The notes under the pieces: model-generated
What the model was told of the DNA's origin: nothing
Databases searched by the model: none
The model's input: only the letters and a program-made list of their open reading frames with translations
Shown: positions 49,946-63,696 of the stretch, piece after piece
Layout: every line of letters begins with the position of its first letter
Position numbering within the stretch: the first letter of the stretch is position 1
Translations under genes and position numbers: made by a program
NCBI GenBank assembly: GCA_951406725.2
Contig: OX597826.1
Location: 32,674,001-32,738,000, forward strand
Length of the DNA stretch: 64,000 bases
Direction of reading: 5' to 3'
DNA from: Octopus vulgaris
Taxonomy: Eukaryota

Positions 49946-52901
49946 GATATAGATAGAAAATATTACAGAAACTTAACTAGTATCACACCTAAAGTGAGAC
50001 TTACCTCTAAGCTGCACTCTTTGCATACACTCTGGCAACCTCTTCTCACCTCCATTCCCTCTTCTTCTGATCCCATTGATCCCTATTCACTTTCTTGTAC
50101 CTTGAGAATCCATCCAGGTAGTTCATCAACCCCTATCTTTATCTCTCTTTCAAGTTCCACTCTGGTCTCTCCTACCACAGTCTGAGTGATCTTGAAGCTC
50201 TTCCACATGAAGGAATCCTCATTTAATACTTTAATCTCTCATCTCCTGGAACAATGCTGCCTCCCTCTCTACTGCAGTCCCATTCAATCAAACGGGACCT
50301 TAGTCTTGCAAGATGTATGATGATCACAGAAGTGCTGGTGCGATGTTAAAAGGTACCCAGTAGACTCTGTAGTGTGGTTGGGGTGAGGAAAGGCATCCAG
50401 CTGTAGGAACCATGTAACAGAAGACAATTGGAGCCTGATGTAGTCCTGTGACCCAGCGGATCCAGTCAAAAGATCCAGCTCATGGAACATAGATGTTAAA
50501 TGGTAATGATGAAGATGATGATGACGATGGACATGATGATGATAATGATGATGATGATGATGATGATGAGTAGGAGGAGAAGGAGGAGGTGGACAATGAC
50601 GATGATTACGACAATATGATAGGGATGATGATGATAATAATGATAGCAATGATGATGACAATCATGATGAAGATGGTGGTAATATGAGAATGACGATAAT
50701 AATGATGTTGATGATGATATGATAATGATGATGATGATGATGATGAGGAGGAGGAGGACAAGGACGATGATTGCGACTAGGATGGTGATTACAACAATGA
50801 TAGGGATGATGATGATGATGAAGATGATGATAGCAAAGACGATGACACTGATGGTAATATGAGAATGACGATAATAATAATGATGTTGATGATGATAAGA
50901 TGATGACGATGATGATGAGAAGAGGAGGGTGATGCTTATGATGATGATGATTAGAATGAAGCATCGAGGATAATGCTAGCTGCAGTCATAGTTGTCGACA
51001 AGATGATATTGGTAATGATACAGGCACTGATTAAAAAAACGGCAAAAACATTAAAATCCAGAAATCTTTTTAACTGCTTCTTGTCAAATGAAATGATCTC
51101 CAAACCTAACCAAATATTTTTTATTTTCATTTTTGAATTAAATTCCTCAAATTTTTTCTTTGAAAAAAAAACCATGTTGCTCCAAGCTTCCTTCCTTTTC
51201 TGCCACCCACTTCTTGATAATACCTCTCCATCTCTATCTCTCTTCATTTTTTTGTTCACCTTCGACCAACTAAATTCCAAATACATTTAACTTGACTTCC
51301 TATCTTCCAAAGGTTTCCTTTCCCCCGAAAAAAGTGGTAAAAAAATATATATAAATACACCAATGGAAAAATACCCAAAATAAATAACTATATATAAAAA
51401 AGCAACAAAAATATTTAATAAAATAAGCAATGAAAAAATTTCTTTGGATTTTCTGTGAGAAGTGTTTTATTTGACAGCCAAATAATTTCATTGAGAATTT
51501 TTATATTTATTTTAATAAAATGAAATTTTAAAAAATCAGGAAAAATATAAATGACGTTCTTTTTGAAGTTTACCATTTTATAATCAGTAAAAATTAAGAC
51601 GAATAAAAAAAATAATTAAGAATATATGAAAAATAATAAACAAAAAATAAAATAGAACTGAAAAGGAGTATGGTGATGTGAAAGGAACAGAAAGAGAGAG
51701 AGAGGGAGAGAAGGAAAGAGGGAAAGAGGGAGAGAAGGAGAGAGGGAGAGATAAATGGTGAAGAAATAGGTTGTGTGTATAAGAAAAAGTGAAACTGATA
51801 AAGAGAAAGATAAAAGTTGAACATGTATCAATGCATGTGTGTATTGTATGTGTGTGTGTATACAAAGACATACATATACTGCTATACATAATCTTTTATG
51901 TGTATATATATATATATATATATATGAATACACATGCACACACACACACACACATCTATCTGTCTGTCTATCTATCTATCTATCTATCTGTTTGTCTATA
52001 TATATATATATTTGTGTATATACATCCATATATATTATATATATATGTATATATATATATATATATACATACATACATATATATAATATATATATGTATA
52101 TATGTATGTATGTGTGTATGTGTATATATATCTACACATATAATGGGGAAAACGTGTGGAAACAGTATTGGAGTGTCCTATGGGATAACCTAGATGAGAT
52201 GATATATATATAAATACACTGTATATATATATATATGTACATATATGTATAAATATGTATATATCTGCTTATATAATCCACAGACACAGAGGCATTGTAA
52301 GATAAAATATGCAAGCAAATGTATAAATTAGTCTGTATAGATTTCTTTGAGAGTGTGTATATATTTGTGTATATGCATGCATATGTGTATATGTATATTC
52401 AGTGTGTGTGTATATGTCAGGCTTACTGTTATTTGTGTTTGTGCATCAACAGTATAGCATACAAATATTACCCCAGATCTTAAAACCTTAGATCTAGTTG
52501 GTCAGACAGAGAGACAGATAGACAGACATATGCAATACAATGGTAAAGGATGTTGAGTTTCAGGAGAAAATTTTCTTAAAAAGTAAATAACAAAAATAAA
52601 CAAAATTAGGAAAAAGTATTGTATAAACAAAACTAAAAATTAAAATTAAAATACGATATAAAAACATCAAACAGAAAGGAAAATGAACTGAAAAAGGTAA
52701 AAAAAAACCCCAAAACGTAGCCCCACCCTTCCCCAATTTCTTCTTAACACACTGATTATTTGGTTTCATCAAAATTATTATTTTTTAGCAAAGACACAAT
52801 CCTTAAGATGACATCTTTATTACAAAGTAATGACATTTGACTGCCATTGCAAGAGAATGTTGAAATAACCTGTGAAATTATTATTATTATTATTATTATT
52901 A

Positions 52902-52932
<31 letters not shown>

Positions 52933-52943
52933 CATAATCATTA

Positions 52944-52983
<40 letters not shown>

Positions 52984-53119
52984 CATTATTATTATTATTA
53001 TTATCATCATTATTATTATTATCATTATTATTATCATTATTATTTGCATCATTTTACATCAGATCACGTGGATAGATGTGCTCTTCTTTGAATGGTGCGT
53101 AGAGTGATCCCTCATGTAT

Positions 53120-55040
53120 TAAGGTGGTGAGTGGATTTGCTGGCATGTCATACAAAACGCTTAGCACCATTCCATTTCTTTTGGTGCTTTTTCGTTCAGA
53201 GCTAAAATTCTACCTAGGTCGAATTTAACTTTTATTCTTTCAGGGGTCAATAAAATACAATGCTAGCTGAGCCCTAAGCTTCCAGCCTTTGGCACGCTAA
53301 CATTTTTGCCAGCCTGCCACCTTAATTATAATAATATTAACAATCCTTCCTACTATAGGCACAACGCCTGGAATCTAAGGTGAGGGGGATAGTGATCACA
53401 TCGACCCCAGTACTTGACTGGTACTTAATTTATCGACCCCGAAAGAAGGAAAAGCAAAGTCAACCTTGATGGAATTTGAACTTGGAATGAAGCAACAGTT
53501 GAAATACTGCTAAGCATTCTCCTGGAATACTAATGATTCTGTCAGCTCGCTACCTTTATAATAATAGTAATAATAAAAATAATAATGATGATGATGATGA
53601 TTTCAAATATAGGCACAAGGCCAGCAAGACCGGAGGTGAGGTGAATTGATTAGATCAACCACAGTGCTAAACTGGTACTTATTTTATCAACTCTATAAAG
53701 GATGAAAGGCAAAGTCGACCTTAGCAGAATTTGAACTCAGAAAGTAAAGATGGACAAAATATCTAATTCTTTACTACCCAGAAGGGGCTAAACACAGAGA
53801 GGACAAACAAGGAAAGACAAATGGATAAGTCGATTATATCGACCCCAGTGCGTAACTGGTACTTATTTAATCGACCCCGAAAGGATGAAAGGCAAAGTCG
53901 ACCTTGGCGGAATTTGAACTCAGAACGTAGCGGCAGACAAAATACCAGTAAGCATTTCACCCGGCATGCTAAGGTTTCTGCCATTTCACCGCCTAATACC
54001 ACTAGTGGACAAAATACCACTAAGCAATTTTCCCGACATGCTACCAATTCTGCCAGCTCACCGTCTTAATAATAATAATAATAACAATAATAATAATAAT
54101 AATAATGATGGTTTCAAATTTTAGCTCAAGGCCAGCAACTTCCAAGGAGTGATTAAGTTGATTACATCGATCCCAAGGCTCAACTGGTATTTATTTCATC
54201 GACGACAAAAGGATGACAGGTAAAGATGACCTTGGCAGAGTTTGAACCACTACGGCAGTGCTCCAACATGGCTGTAGTCAAATGACTGAAACAAATAAAA
54301 GAATGAAAGGGCATATACATTTTAAAAATTAAATATAAAACAATATGAAATGAAAGGAAAAGTTGACCTCGCTAGAATTTCAACTGAGATGGTAAAGAAC
54401 AATTGAACGGCACCAAGCATTTTGTCCAGCATGCTAACCATTCTGCCAGCTTGCCACTTTATGCATCATAATAATATTGTAATAGTGTAAATAAGGCAAA
54501 AAAGAAAAGAAAAGAAATGCAAATACATTTTAAAAATTAAATATAAAACAGCGTGAAATGAAAATGGTGGTACACAAGCATAGACATATATACAAATGTC
54601 TCCATACACACTCAATCATTCACACCTTTTCATACACATATATTAATAAATAATTGTAATTACAGCTGGATACCACTCAAAACTAGAGTCGCCCAAATGA
54701 ATATAGAAATTAAAAATTTAAATTTAATTAATCTAAAAGATGTAATAAAAAAAAGCTAACTTAATTAAATGACTTAAATTGTATTTACATACTGAGTAAT
54801 AGTGACCAACCCCTTACCAAAAGAAGGGCCTATACGCAAATAATGGTTTCAAGTTTTGGCACAGGGCCAGCAGTTTTTGAGAGGAGGGGTAAGTCGATTG
54901 CATCAACTCCAGTCCTTGCCTTGTTCTTATTTTATAGGATGAAAAGCAAAGTCGACCTTGGCAGAATTTGAGCTCAGAATGTGAAGATAGGTGAAATGTG
55001 ACCAACTATTTTGTCCTGTTTGCTGATGTCTCTGCCATCT
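53120..55040 (-). mobile_element. Cluster of about seven SINE family B copies, mostly head-to-tail on the minus strand
   Basis: Cores GATGAAAGGCAAAGTCGACCT near 53447, 53700, 53883, 54211, 54355 and 54938; one plus-strand copy at 53120-53270. Confidence 0.8.
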
Positions 55041-55075
55041 CACTCCTTCAGGAGCCTAAAATTTCTTTGGTCTTG

Positions 55076-55235
55076 TAGGCACGAGCATGGCTGCATGATT
55101 AAGAAGTTCACTTTGGAACCACAGGGTTTTGGGTCCCAATGTGTGCCACCTTGGGCAATTGTCTTCTACTATAGCCTCGGGCCAACCAAAGCCTTGTGAG
55201 TGGATTTGGTAAACAGAAACTAAAAGAAGCCCCTC

Positions 55236-55285
<50 letters not shown>

Positions 55286-55470
55286 TATTTATGTATATGT
55301 TTGTTCACCCATCATTGCTTGACATCCCTGTAACTTAGCGGTTCAGCAAAAGAGACTGATAGAATAAGTACTAGGTTTACAAAGAATAAGTCCTCAAGTT
55401 GATTTGTTCAACTAAAGGTGGTGCTCCAGCATGGCCACTGTCAAATGACTGAAGCAAATAAAAGAATAAA
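55076..55470 (+). mobile_element. SINE family A
   Basis: Head, CTATAGCCTCGGGCCAACCAAAGCCTTGTGAGTGGATTTGG body and GACTGAAGCAAATAAAAGAATA tail. Confidence 0.85.
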
Positions 55471-55477
55471 TTCTTAT

Positions 55478-56022
55478 TCACATACATACATACATACATG
55501 CATACATACACACGTACATACATACATACTTACATGCATACATACACATGTACATACATACATACATACATACATACATACATACATACGTACATACATA
55601 CATTCATACATACATACATACATACATATACACACACACACATACATACATACATACATACAAACATACATACATACATGTATATATGCATAAATGCATG
55701 CATACATAGATATAGACATACTTGCATACATACATAAATGCATACATATATATACATACATACATGAATACATGCATACATAGATACATAAATGCATACA
55801 TATATACACATACATGCATGCATGCATGCATACATACATTCATACATACATAAATGCATATATACATATATACAGATACATACATTCATTCATACATACA
55901 TACATACATACATACATACATACATACATACACACACATACATACATACACACACACATACATACACACATGCAGACATACATACATACATACATACATA
56001 CATACATACATACATACATACA
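55478..56022. repeat. (TACA)n compound microsatellite
   Basis: Direct reading. Confidence 0.95.
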
Positions 56023-56390
56023 TTGTACTTATGTCTTGGACAATGGATTGACAGAATCATTAGAGGATCTTACAAAATGCTTTGTTCCAACTCTTCGTGT
56101 TTGGAGGTCAAAATCAATTGATGTCAATTTTGCCTTTCATTTTCCAAAGATCAATAAAATACAGCAACATTCCAGGCTGATGCTGGATTGATGGACTCTT
56201 TAGAGTATCAGACAAAATCTCCAAGAGGCTGATCTAAAAGTTTAAATTAATGCAAAAAATATTATAAATGGAAAAATGGAAATAGATACTTAAAAAATAA
56301 AAAAAAAAATATGTGTCTCGATCTCCGCAAGGAAAACATATTTATTTAATGCATAAAATGATATTTTTAGTTAACTCTAGAACTGTAATT

Positions 56391-56792
56391 ATCTTTTATC
56401 CTTTACTTGCTTCAGTCATTAGAGTGTGGCCATGCTGGGGCACCGCTTTGAAATTTTAGTCAAACGAATCGACCCCTGTACTTATTTTTTAAGCCTGGTA
56501 CTTATTCTATTGGTCACTTTTGTTGAACCACAAAATTACGGGGATGTAAACACACCAACACCGGTTGTCAATTGGTGATGTGGTGACAAACATGCACACA
56601 CACATTAATATATATATATATATTTATACGACAGGCTTCTTTCAGTTTCTTTCTACCAAATCCACTCACAAGGCTTTGGTCAGCCCGAGGCAATTATAGA
56701 AGACACATGTTCAAAGTATAATGCAGTGGGACTGAATCCAGAACGATGTGGTTGGGAAGCAAGCTTCTTACCACACAGCCACTGCTGCACCT
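56391..56792 (-). mobile_element. SINE family A (full length)
   Basis: Reverse complement of the family A head, body and tail. Confidence 0.88.
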
Positions 56793-57289
56793 AATTCAAA
56801 TATTTCTATTTCAAACTTATTCCAGCTCTTTCCATTTGGAATTCAAATCCTAGAAAAGTCAGTTTTGCCTTTTGTCCTTCTGAGATTGGTAAAATTTTAG
56901 GTACCAAACCAGTGCCATAAAATCATTGGAATGTCATCAAACATGCGCCTTCTGGTATTTATTCTAGTTCTTAACATGCTGAGTTCAATTCCAGCTGATG
57001 ACAGCATTGCTGTTCATCCTTCTGATGTCAATAAAGAAACTGACCAGTCAGGAATTGGATGTTAGTAGAACCAACCATCCCCACCCCTCAAACCTGAGGC
57101 TTTGAGCTTATATAAGAAATAAATATTCTTTTCTACTCTAGGCACAAGGCCTGAAATTTGGGGGAAGGGGATAATCAATTTCATCGACCCCAAAAGGATG
57201 AAAGGCAAAGTTGATCTCAGTGAAATTTGAACTCAGAATGTAATGAAGGGTGAAATACATCTAAGCATTTGATCTAGCATGCTAAAGAT

Positions 57290-57542
57290 AGTTTCCTTCT
57301 TGAACCATGCTAGAATCATAAGGGCCAGTTTCCCAGTTTTAGTGGCATCTAAATTCATCACCTGGATGGGACACCAATTTGTCACAAGATTACTTCTTTT
57401 TGCCAGCTGAGTGGACTGGAGCAAAGTGAAATGAAATGTATTGCTCAAGAACACAATGCAAAATGCATCGTCTGGTCCAGGAATCGAAACCACAATCTTA
57501 GGATCATGAGTCCAACACCCTAATCACTAAGCCACGCACCTC
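57290..57542 (-). mobile_element. SINE with family-C head and core but a different tail
   Basis: Minus strand GAGGTGCGTGGCTTAGTG...CTCATGATC...GTTTCGATTCC...TGTGTTCTTGAGCAA...CTCCAGTCCACTCAGCTGGCAAAA, then diverges from the 38349 copy. Confidence 0.8.
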
Positions 57543-57812
57543 AACATAATAAATGAATATTGCCTTCATAAATTTTTCAGTACATAACTTGAATTATTTC
57601 CATTGTAACTATTCACAGAAAGCTAGGTAACTGAATGTTAACCCTTAGAGCCTGTGTCACTGGTAAAGCAGTGGCAGTGCTAGACAAGCACACGGTGTAG
57701 CAGTGGTAAAATGGTGTAGGGTCACTGAGTGCAGCATATGTTTGATTATGTGTGTTTTGACCCCATTTTGATCGACCAATCATTGCTTATGCAATGTAGA
57801 AATATTATCATA

Positions 57813-58019
57813 TGAGGGGCTGCTGAAAAGCTCCTGGCTTTTAGTAAAAGAAAATACAGGAGAATCAGTTAATTATGGTTTTATTCTCCTCTCAGCTTCA
57901 CACACTCATTGCAGCAGTTCTTCAGTGTTTCTAAGCCCTGTAAAAGAACTTGGAAGTTTGGGCCTCCAACCAGGCACTTTGCCATACCTTAAAGCCAGGA
58001 TCTTTTCAGAAACCCTTCG
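57813..58019 (-). mobile_element. Internally deleted mariner (MITE-like, 207 bp)
   Basis: TIRs TGAGGGGCTGCTGAAAAGCTCCTGGCTTT / CGAAGGGTTTCTGAAAAGATCCTGGCTTT with TA flanks; minus strand encodes WLEAQ...LQGLETLKNCCNECVKLRGE (mariner C-terminus). Confidence 0.8.
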
Positions 58020-58523
58020 TATGTATGTTCTGACAACCTTGTTTCTTATCCTTATCAGAACAGAGCACAAATGATTCAAGAACCAAAGCACAGAAGCAAA
58101 TAGCAGCAATAAGGTCAGAGCTCAAAGGGTTAAACATCTTAATCCTGGATACAGAGCGTGTAGCATGTATTTTGAGACACAAACCATGCACTTTTCTGGG
58201 TAAGCAAATACCCTTATTGATTTGGCTGTCATAGTTTCATAATCAAATGATAAAAACAGATTAATCATATAATAACATAGTAGAAAGAAAATAGTTTTCC
58301 ACTTAGTTGTCTTAATGAAAATTTAACATTGTATGCAAGATAAATCATCGATAGAGATTGTCAGATATTCGAATTACTTTTGAATCCTGAAGCACATTAT
58401 AATAATTTATTACCACTCACTCCATCAGGCTGTATTGACGTTAATATATCAAAGATTGCATTATATATATACACATACACACTTACTCACACACATGTAT
58501 ATGTATATTGATCTATCTATCCA

Positions 58524-58582
<59 letters not shown>

Positions 58583-58665
58583 ATGCATGCATGTGTGCAT
58601 ATATATGAATGTATATGTATATAGATATAATATATATATGTCTGTGTGTGTTTATATATAATTTA

Positions 58666-58708
<43 letters not shown>

Positions 58709-58870
58709 GTATATGTTTACATATATACATGCAAACAGATTTATGTATGTATGCATATCTCTCTCATACTCTCTTTTCATCTATCTATCAATCCATCCAT
58801 CCATCCATCCATCCATCTATCCGTCCACCCATCTATCTACCTATCTATCTGTCTATCTATCTATCTATCA

Positions 58871-58942
<72 letters not shown>

Positions 58943-59149
58943 GTATGTCTATCTATATATCTATCTATACAAACATACATGCATATATACTGCCTCTACC
59001 TAAAATGAAAACATGGTGGCAGAGGCTTAACGTCAATCTAAAATGCCTTTGAATGTTGCATTACATCCCTTCAGCAACATCTGTTAACTACCAAGCGTCG
59101 AAGTGCATCCTTTGACCATGTTTGCATACATAAGGCTGATATCATCATA

Positions 59150-60374
59150 AGACTGGGAAGGCAGTTCCTTGAGCGACACTTTTTGTCTGATAAACTAGAG
59201 CACATGCACAAAGAAGTTGCACAACTCTACCGCAACGTATCATCAAATGAAAGGATGAGCCTATATGGGTAGAAGACTATGCATGGATATGTTAGTTGAA
59301 AGCCCCGTGATGATATTAACATCGATCATCAAAGCAGTTTATCATGGACGAATAGCTGGATTACTACCTCCTACTTTGAAGGGTATGCATTTGCAATCCA
59401 GGAACAGGAAATATCAACCAAGTACCTGGTACATAAAAGGGATGGAGATGCAGGTGAAACCGATGCAGACTTTGCGGAGTTTACACTGAAGATATCACCC
59501 ACATCATACGCAGTTGTGAGGAAATGTCATCATGGTATTATCTACCAGTGAGATATGAAGTTGTGGTACTCTATAATGAAATCCGTCAAAATGATAATCC
59601 CAAGGACAAAGAAATAAGAACCCACAATATGGTAGAAGCCATAGCTACTCATAATAAAAAGGAATACTGGGGGAATATACCAGTGAAGACCTCAATAAAA
59701 TGTAAGCACAACAGACCTGATATAATGATTTGGGATAGAGAAGAGAAACTGTGTACAGTTGTGGAAATTAGTTGCCCAGGAGATGTTAACATAAAGCAAA
59801 AGATCAGTGAAAAAGGGAACACTTAAGCTGAACCATTGAGAAATCTGCCATTACTCTATCCAGATTACAAGTTCAGGTTTATACCTGTAATTATTTAGGC
59901 CCTGGGATATGTAACACACTGCCTAAATACCAATCTTGAGAAATTAGGCTTCTCAAAACCAGAGAGGTGAAAACTAATTTGAAGACTACAGATCCAATCC
60001 ATCACTGGAACTGTAAAAATCTGTAAAACTTTCCAGAAGTTTATCATTTAAATATATATGAGCATGTCTAGATATGCAACTATATGCATGAGAATTCATA
60101 CATAAAACATACAAATCTGCGCATACATATATACATGCATGCATACATACATACATGCATACATACATACATACAAACAAACATACATACATACATACAT
60201 ACATACATACATACATACATACATACATACATACATACATGCATACATACAAACAAAAATACCCTGTTGTTAATGTTGAAATTCCAATGAAGGAGCCTTG
60301 GATCTAGGTTAGAAACCAGTTCTTTCTCTAATGGCAAGAAATCTTGAAATAAACTGAATAATGACATACATACA
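59150..60374 (+). mobile_element. Decayed R4/Dong-type non-LTR retrotransposon 3' part (CCHC knuckle and restriction-like endonuclease)
   Basis: FEGYAFAIQEQEISTKY, CRLCGVYTEDITHIIRSC (Cx2Cx8Hx4C), HNRPDIMIWD...VVEISCP (PD-(D/E) endonuclease), FIPVII*ALG; stop near 60050, then (TACA)n. Confidence 0.88.
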
Positions 60375-61811
60375 TGAATACCAAACCATGTAAAAATAAA
60401 TATAGATATGTAATCTTGATGTCTGTATATATGTATGCATGTCTATATCATATTATATGTAAGTATATATATATATATAGCTATGTAAGTATGTATGCAT
60501 TTACACATGTATACGTATGTATTTATGAGTGCCTCATTCTTTCTTTCTCTCTCTCTTTATCAATATGTGTGTGTACATGTTCATGTGCATGTGTGTGTGA
60601 TTGTGCCTTCCCAATGTCTTAACGCTGTTTGCCCACAGCATAAACATTCTCATTACATGGTCAGTGATTCTTGCTTGATTTCATTAGAAGACCACGCCTA
60701 ACCATTTTGGTGCCAAATATGCAATTATAAGGCGGTTTTGTTTCCATGATGATGAGAGGAAGTAGCAGTAGTATCTTATACTCAGTAACAAGTGAGGGTT
60801 AGCGACATAAAGGCATCTTGTCTCACAGTAAGTCTCATCTGATATACGCAAGGATGGAAAAAATGGATGTGCAAAGTGATGATAATGGTGATGATGATGA
60901 AGACAGCAACTACGATGATGATGATGGTGGTGGTGGCGTTGGTAGTGGTAGTGGTGGTGGTGCTACTGCTGCTACTGCTAATTATGGTTTAGATGAAGAT
61001 GGTGATGAAGATGATGATGACGTTGATGATGTCGATGATGATGATGATAGTGATGACACTGATGATGATGATGATGAAAATGATGATGATGATAGCGATG
61101 ACACTGATGATAATGATGATGATGGTGGTGGTGATGATGGCCACAGTGACGATGATAATGGTGATGTTAATGATGGAAGTGATGATGATGACGACGACGA
61201 CGATGATGATGATGACGACAATGATGATTATGGTGATGCTGACGATGACGACTCCAACGACGACGATGAGAATGATACCGTTCACAAAGAGTATACACAC
61301 ACACACACACAAAGCAGTGTGGTTGTAAAGCCATTATTGACATTAGCACCGATGTTAATATACATTACAATATCTATTTAAAAACAGGTTAAAAGTCTAT
61401 ATTTCCTGACTGTATGAGCTTCAGTGAAACTAGTAGGAAAATAGATGCCACTCCTACTTCACGGTTGGATAAACTATTTGATGGTGTGTATCCAACTGTA
61501 ATCCAGCTGGTCTCATACGTCATACAAGCATCAAAAGTTAGCAGACCATTCAGTCTCTAACAAGCAAAGGTAAATATTTAAATTAATGCAAAAAATATTA
61601 TAAAATGAAAAATGGTAATAAATATAACAAAAGCAGAAATAAACCAACAAAAACATGGAAAAAAGTATACAAGTGTTTCAATCTCTGTAAGGAAAACATT
61701 TATTTAATGCATAAAATAATATTTTTAGTTAATTCAAATATTTTTATTTTAAACTTTCCTTTGTCAAGCTAATTGACTACCAACTTGCAAAACAAAAATT
61801 GGTAAATTTAC

Positions 61812-62190
61812 CGCACTCCGTTGGTTATGACGACAAGGGTTCCAGTTGATCCAATCAATGGAACAGCCTGCTCGTGAAATTAACTTGTAAGTGGCTGAGT
61901 ACTCCACAGACATGTGTACCCTTAATGTAGTTCTCAGGGAGATTCAGCATGACACAGAGTGTGATAAGGCTGGCCCCTTTGAAATACAGGTACAACAGAA
62001 ACAGGAAGAATGAGTGAGAGAAAGTTGTGGTGAAAGAGTACAGCAGGGTTCACCACCAACCCCTGCCAAAGCCTTGTGGAGCTTTTGGTGCTTTTGGTCA
62101 ATAGACACTCACAATGCCCAGTCTGGGAATTGAAACTGCGATCCTATAACCATGAGTCTGCTGCCCTAACCACTGGGCCATTGCACCTCC
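61812..62190 (-). mobile_element. SINE with tRNA head, alternative middle and family-C tail
   Basis: Minus strand GGAGGTGCAATGGCCCAGTGGTTAGGGCAGCAGACTCATGG head; 61812-61995 matches the 38488-38667 tail; the middle is unrelated. Confidence 0.8.
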
Positions 62191-62309
62191 ACAGTGGATT
62201 ATATTGACAAAAAGAATCAAAAGTTCACATTTCATCACATTCTTCATGTTGCACTCTTCAGCAAGTTTTTCTATTAAAAAAGTCTTCTTCCTTCTCTTTT
62301 CAAAGATTA

Positions 62310-63389
62310 TTGCATACGCTGGGGTATAAAACATGCTTCTTTTGTTCTTAAAGGTGACAAAAATGTTGCCATTCGTCTTGTGAGACCATTTTATAAATGA
62401 GATACTTCATGGATGAGTGCATCTTTTATCTTTTACTTGGTTCAGACTATGGCCATGCTGGGACATCACTTTGAAGTGTTTAGCTGAATAAATTGATGCA
62501 GTATCTATTTTAAGCTTTGTACGTATTCTATCGATCTCTATTGCTGAAATATTAGATTATAGGAATGTAAACAAACCAACACTGGTTGCTAATGTGGTGG
62601 TGGTGGTGGTGGTAGTGGGAGACAAACACATACACAAAGTCACACACACACACATACACACATGCACACACACATGCACATACACACATACACACACATG
62701 CACGCATGCACACACACACACACATGCACACACACACACATAAACAAGCACACACACACACAAATACATACACACAAACACAAACACACACACAAAAACA
62801 CACACAAATACATACATACATGCGCGTGCATACACACACATAAACACACACACACACAACAGGTTTCTTTCAGATTCTGCCTGCCAAATCCTGTCACAAA
62901 GCTTCGGTCAGTCCAAGGCTATAGTAGAAGACACTTGCTTTGCATACCATGCAGTGGGATTGAACTCAGAACCATGTGGTTGAAAGGCAAACTTCTTAAC
63001 CACACAGCCACACCTGCATATTAGATTAATTTCTTCAATAAAGTACCCATTCCTCCACAAAAATGTAGGGGTCTATCTTAAACAAGAACGTGTTTTATAC
63101 ACCAGCAAATACAGTATCTGATTTGCCAGGGTAGGTAAGGCATTTTGCTACCTGGTTCCAGCTTTATGTGCAAATAAAAGTAGGTGTGTTTGTCGTGGTT
63201 GATTGACTTCAGAACAAATATAATCCAGCAGATCGAGGATCAAATACGTTTTGTGTATCTAGGAATACAACGTCTAATGGATATTATAAGCGGCTACTGT
63301 GGTTATTTAACCTCAAATCAGCTATGATTTAGCAATTCTATGGTCACATTTAACAATGAAAGAAGCATCTTATACCCCAGCATATACAA
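62310..63389. mobile_element. pogo/Tigger-like MITE interrupted by a SINE
   Basis: TA-TTGCATACGCTGGGGTATAA at left versus TTATACCCCAGCATATACAA-TA at 63370-63391 (2 mismatches in 20); a third TIR-like copy ends at 63114. Confidence 0.55.
62423..63021 (-). mobile_element. SINE family A with expanded internal (CA)n
   Basis: Tail 62423-62630, ~230 bp CA-rich tract, head 62858-63021. Confidence 0.85.
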
Positions 63390-63696
63390 TATTCTTTCCG
63401 CCGAAGTTTACTTAGTCTTTCATCCTTTCAGGGTCGATTAAATAAGTACCAGTTATGCACTGGGGTTGATGTAATCGACTTAATCTCTTTGTCTGTCCTT
63501 GTTTGTCCCCTCTATGTTTAGCCCCTTGTGGGAAATAAAGAAATAAATATTCTTTCAAAAGGGAAGGAAAAAGCTGCAGCCTCAAGTTTGAAACATATAA
63601 AAGAATAAAAGAATAAAAGAATAACAGAATAAAATAATAAATACACTGGGATCATCCTACCTTTTATTTGTTATCTTTGACTACATAATCCAGTGT

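Noticed and set aside
54314-54563. 41 bp direct repeat flanking a SINE fragment
   Set aside because: Real, but best explained as a small local duplication; too long and offset for a TSD, with no wider significance evident.
60818-61381. 187 aa acidic Asp-rich ORF resembling a biomineralisation protein
   Set aside because: A degenerate (GAT)n tract continuing an RTE-type tail; no signal peptide or splice support; similar tracts at 6900, 10540 and 50505.
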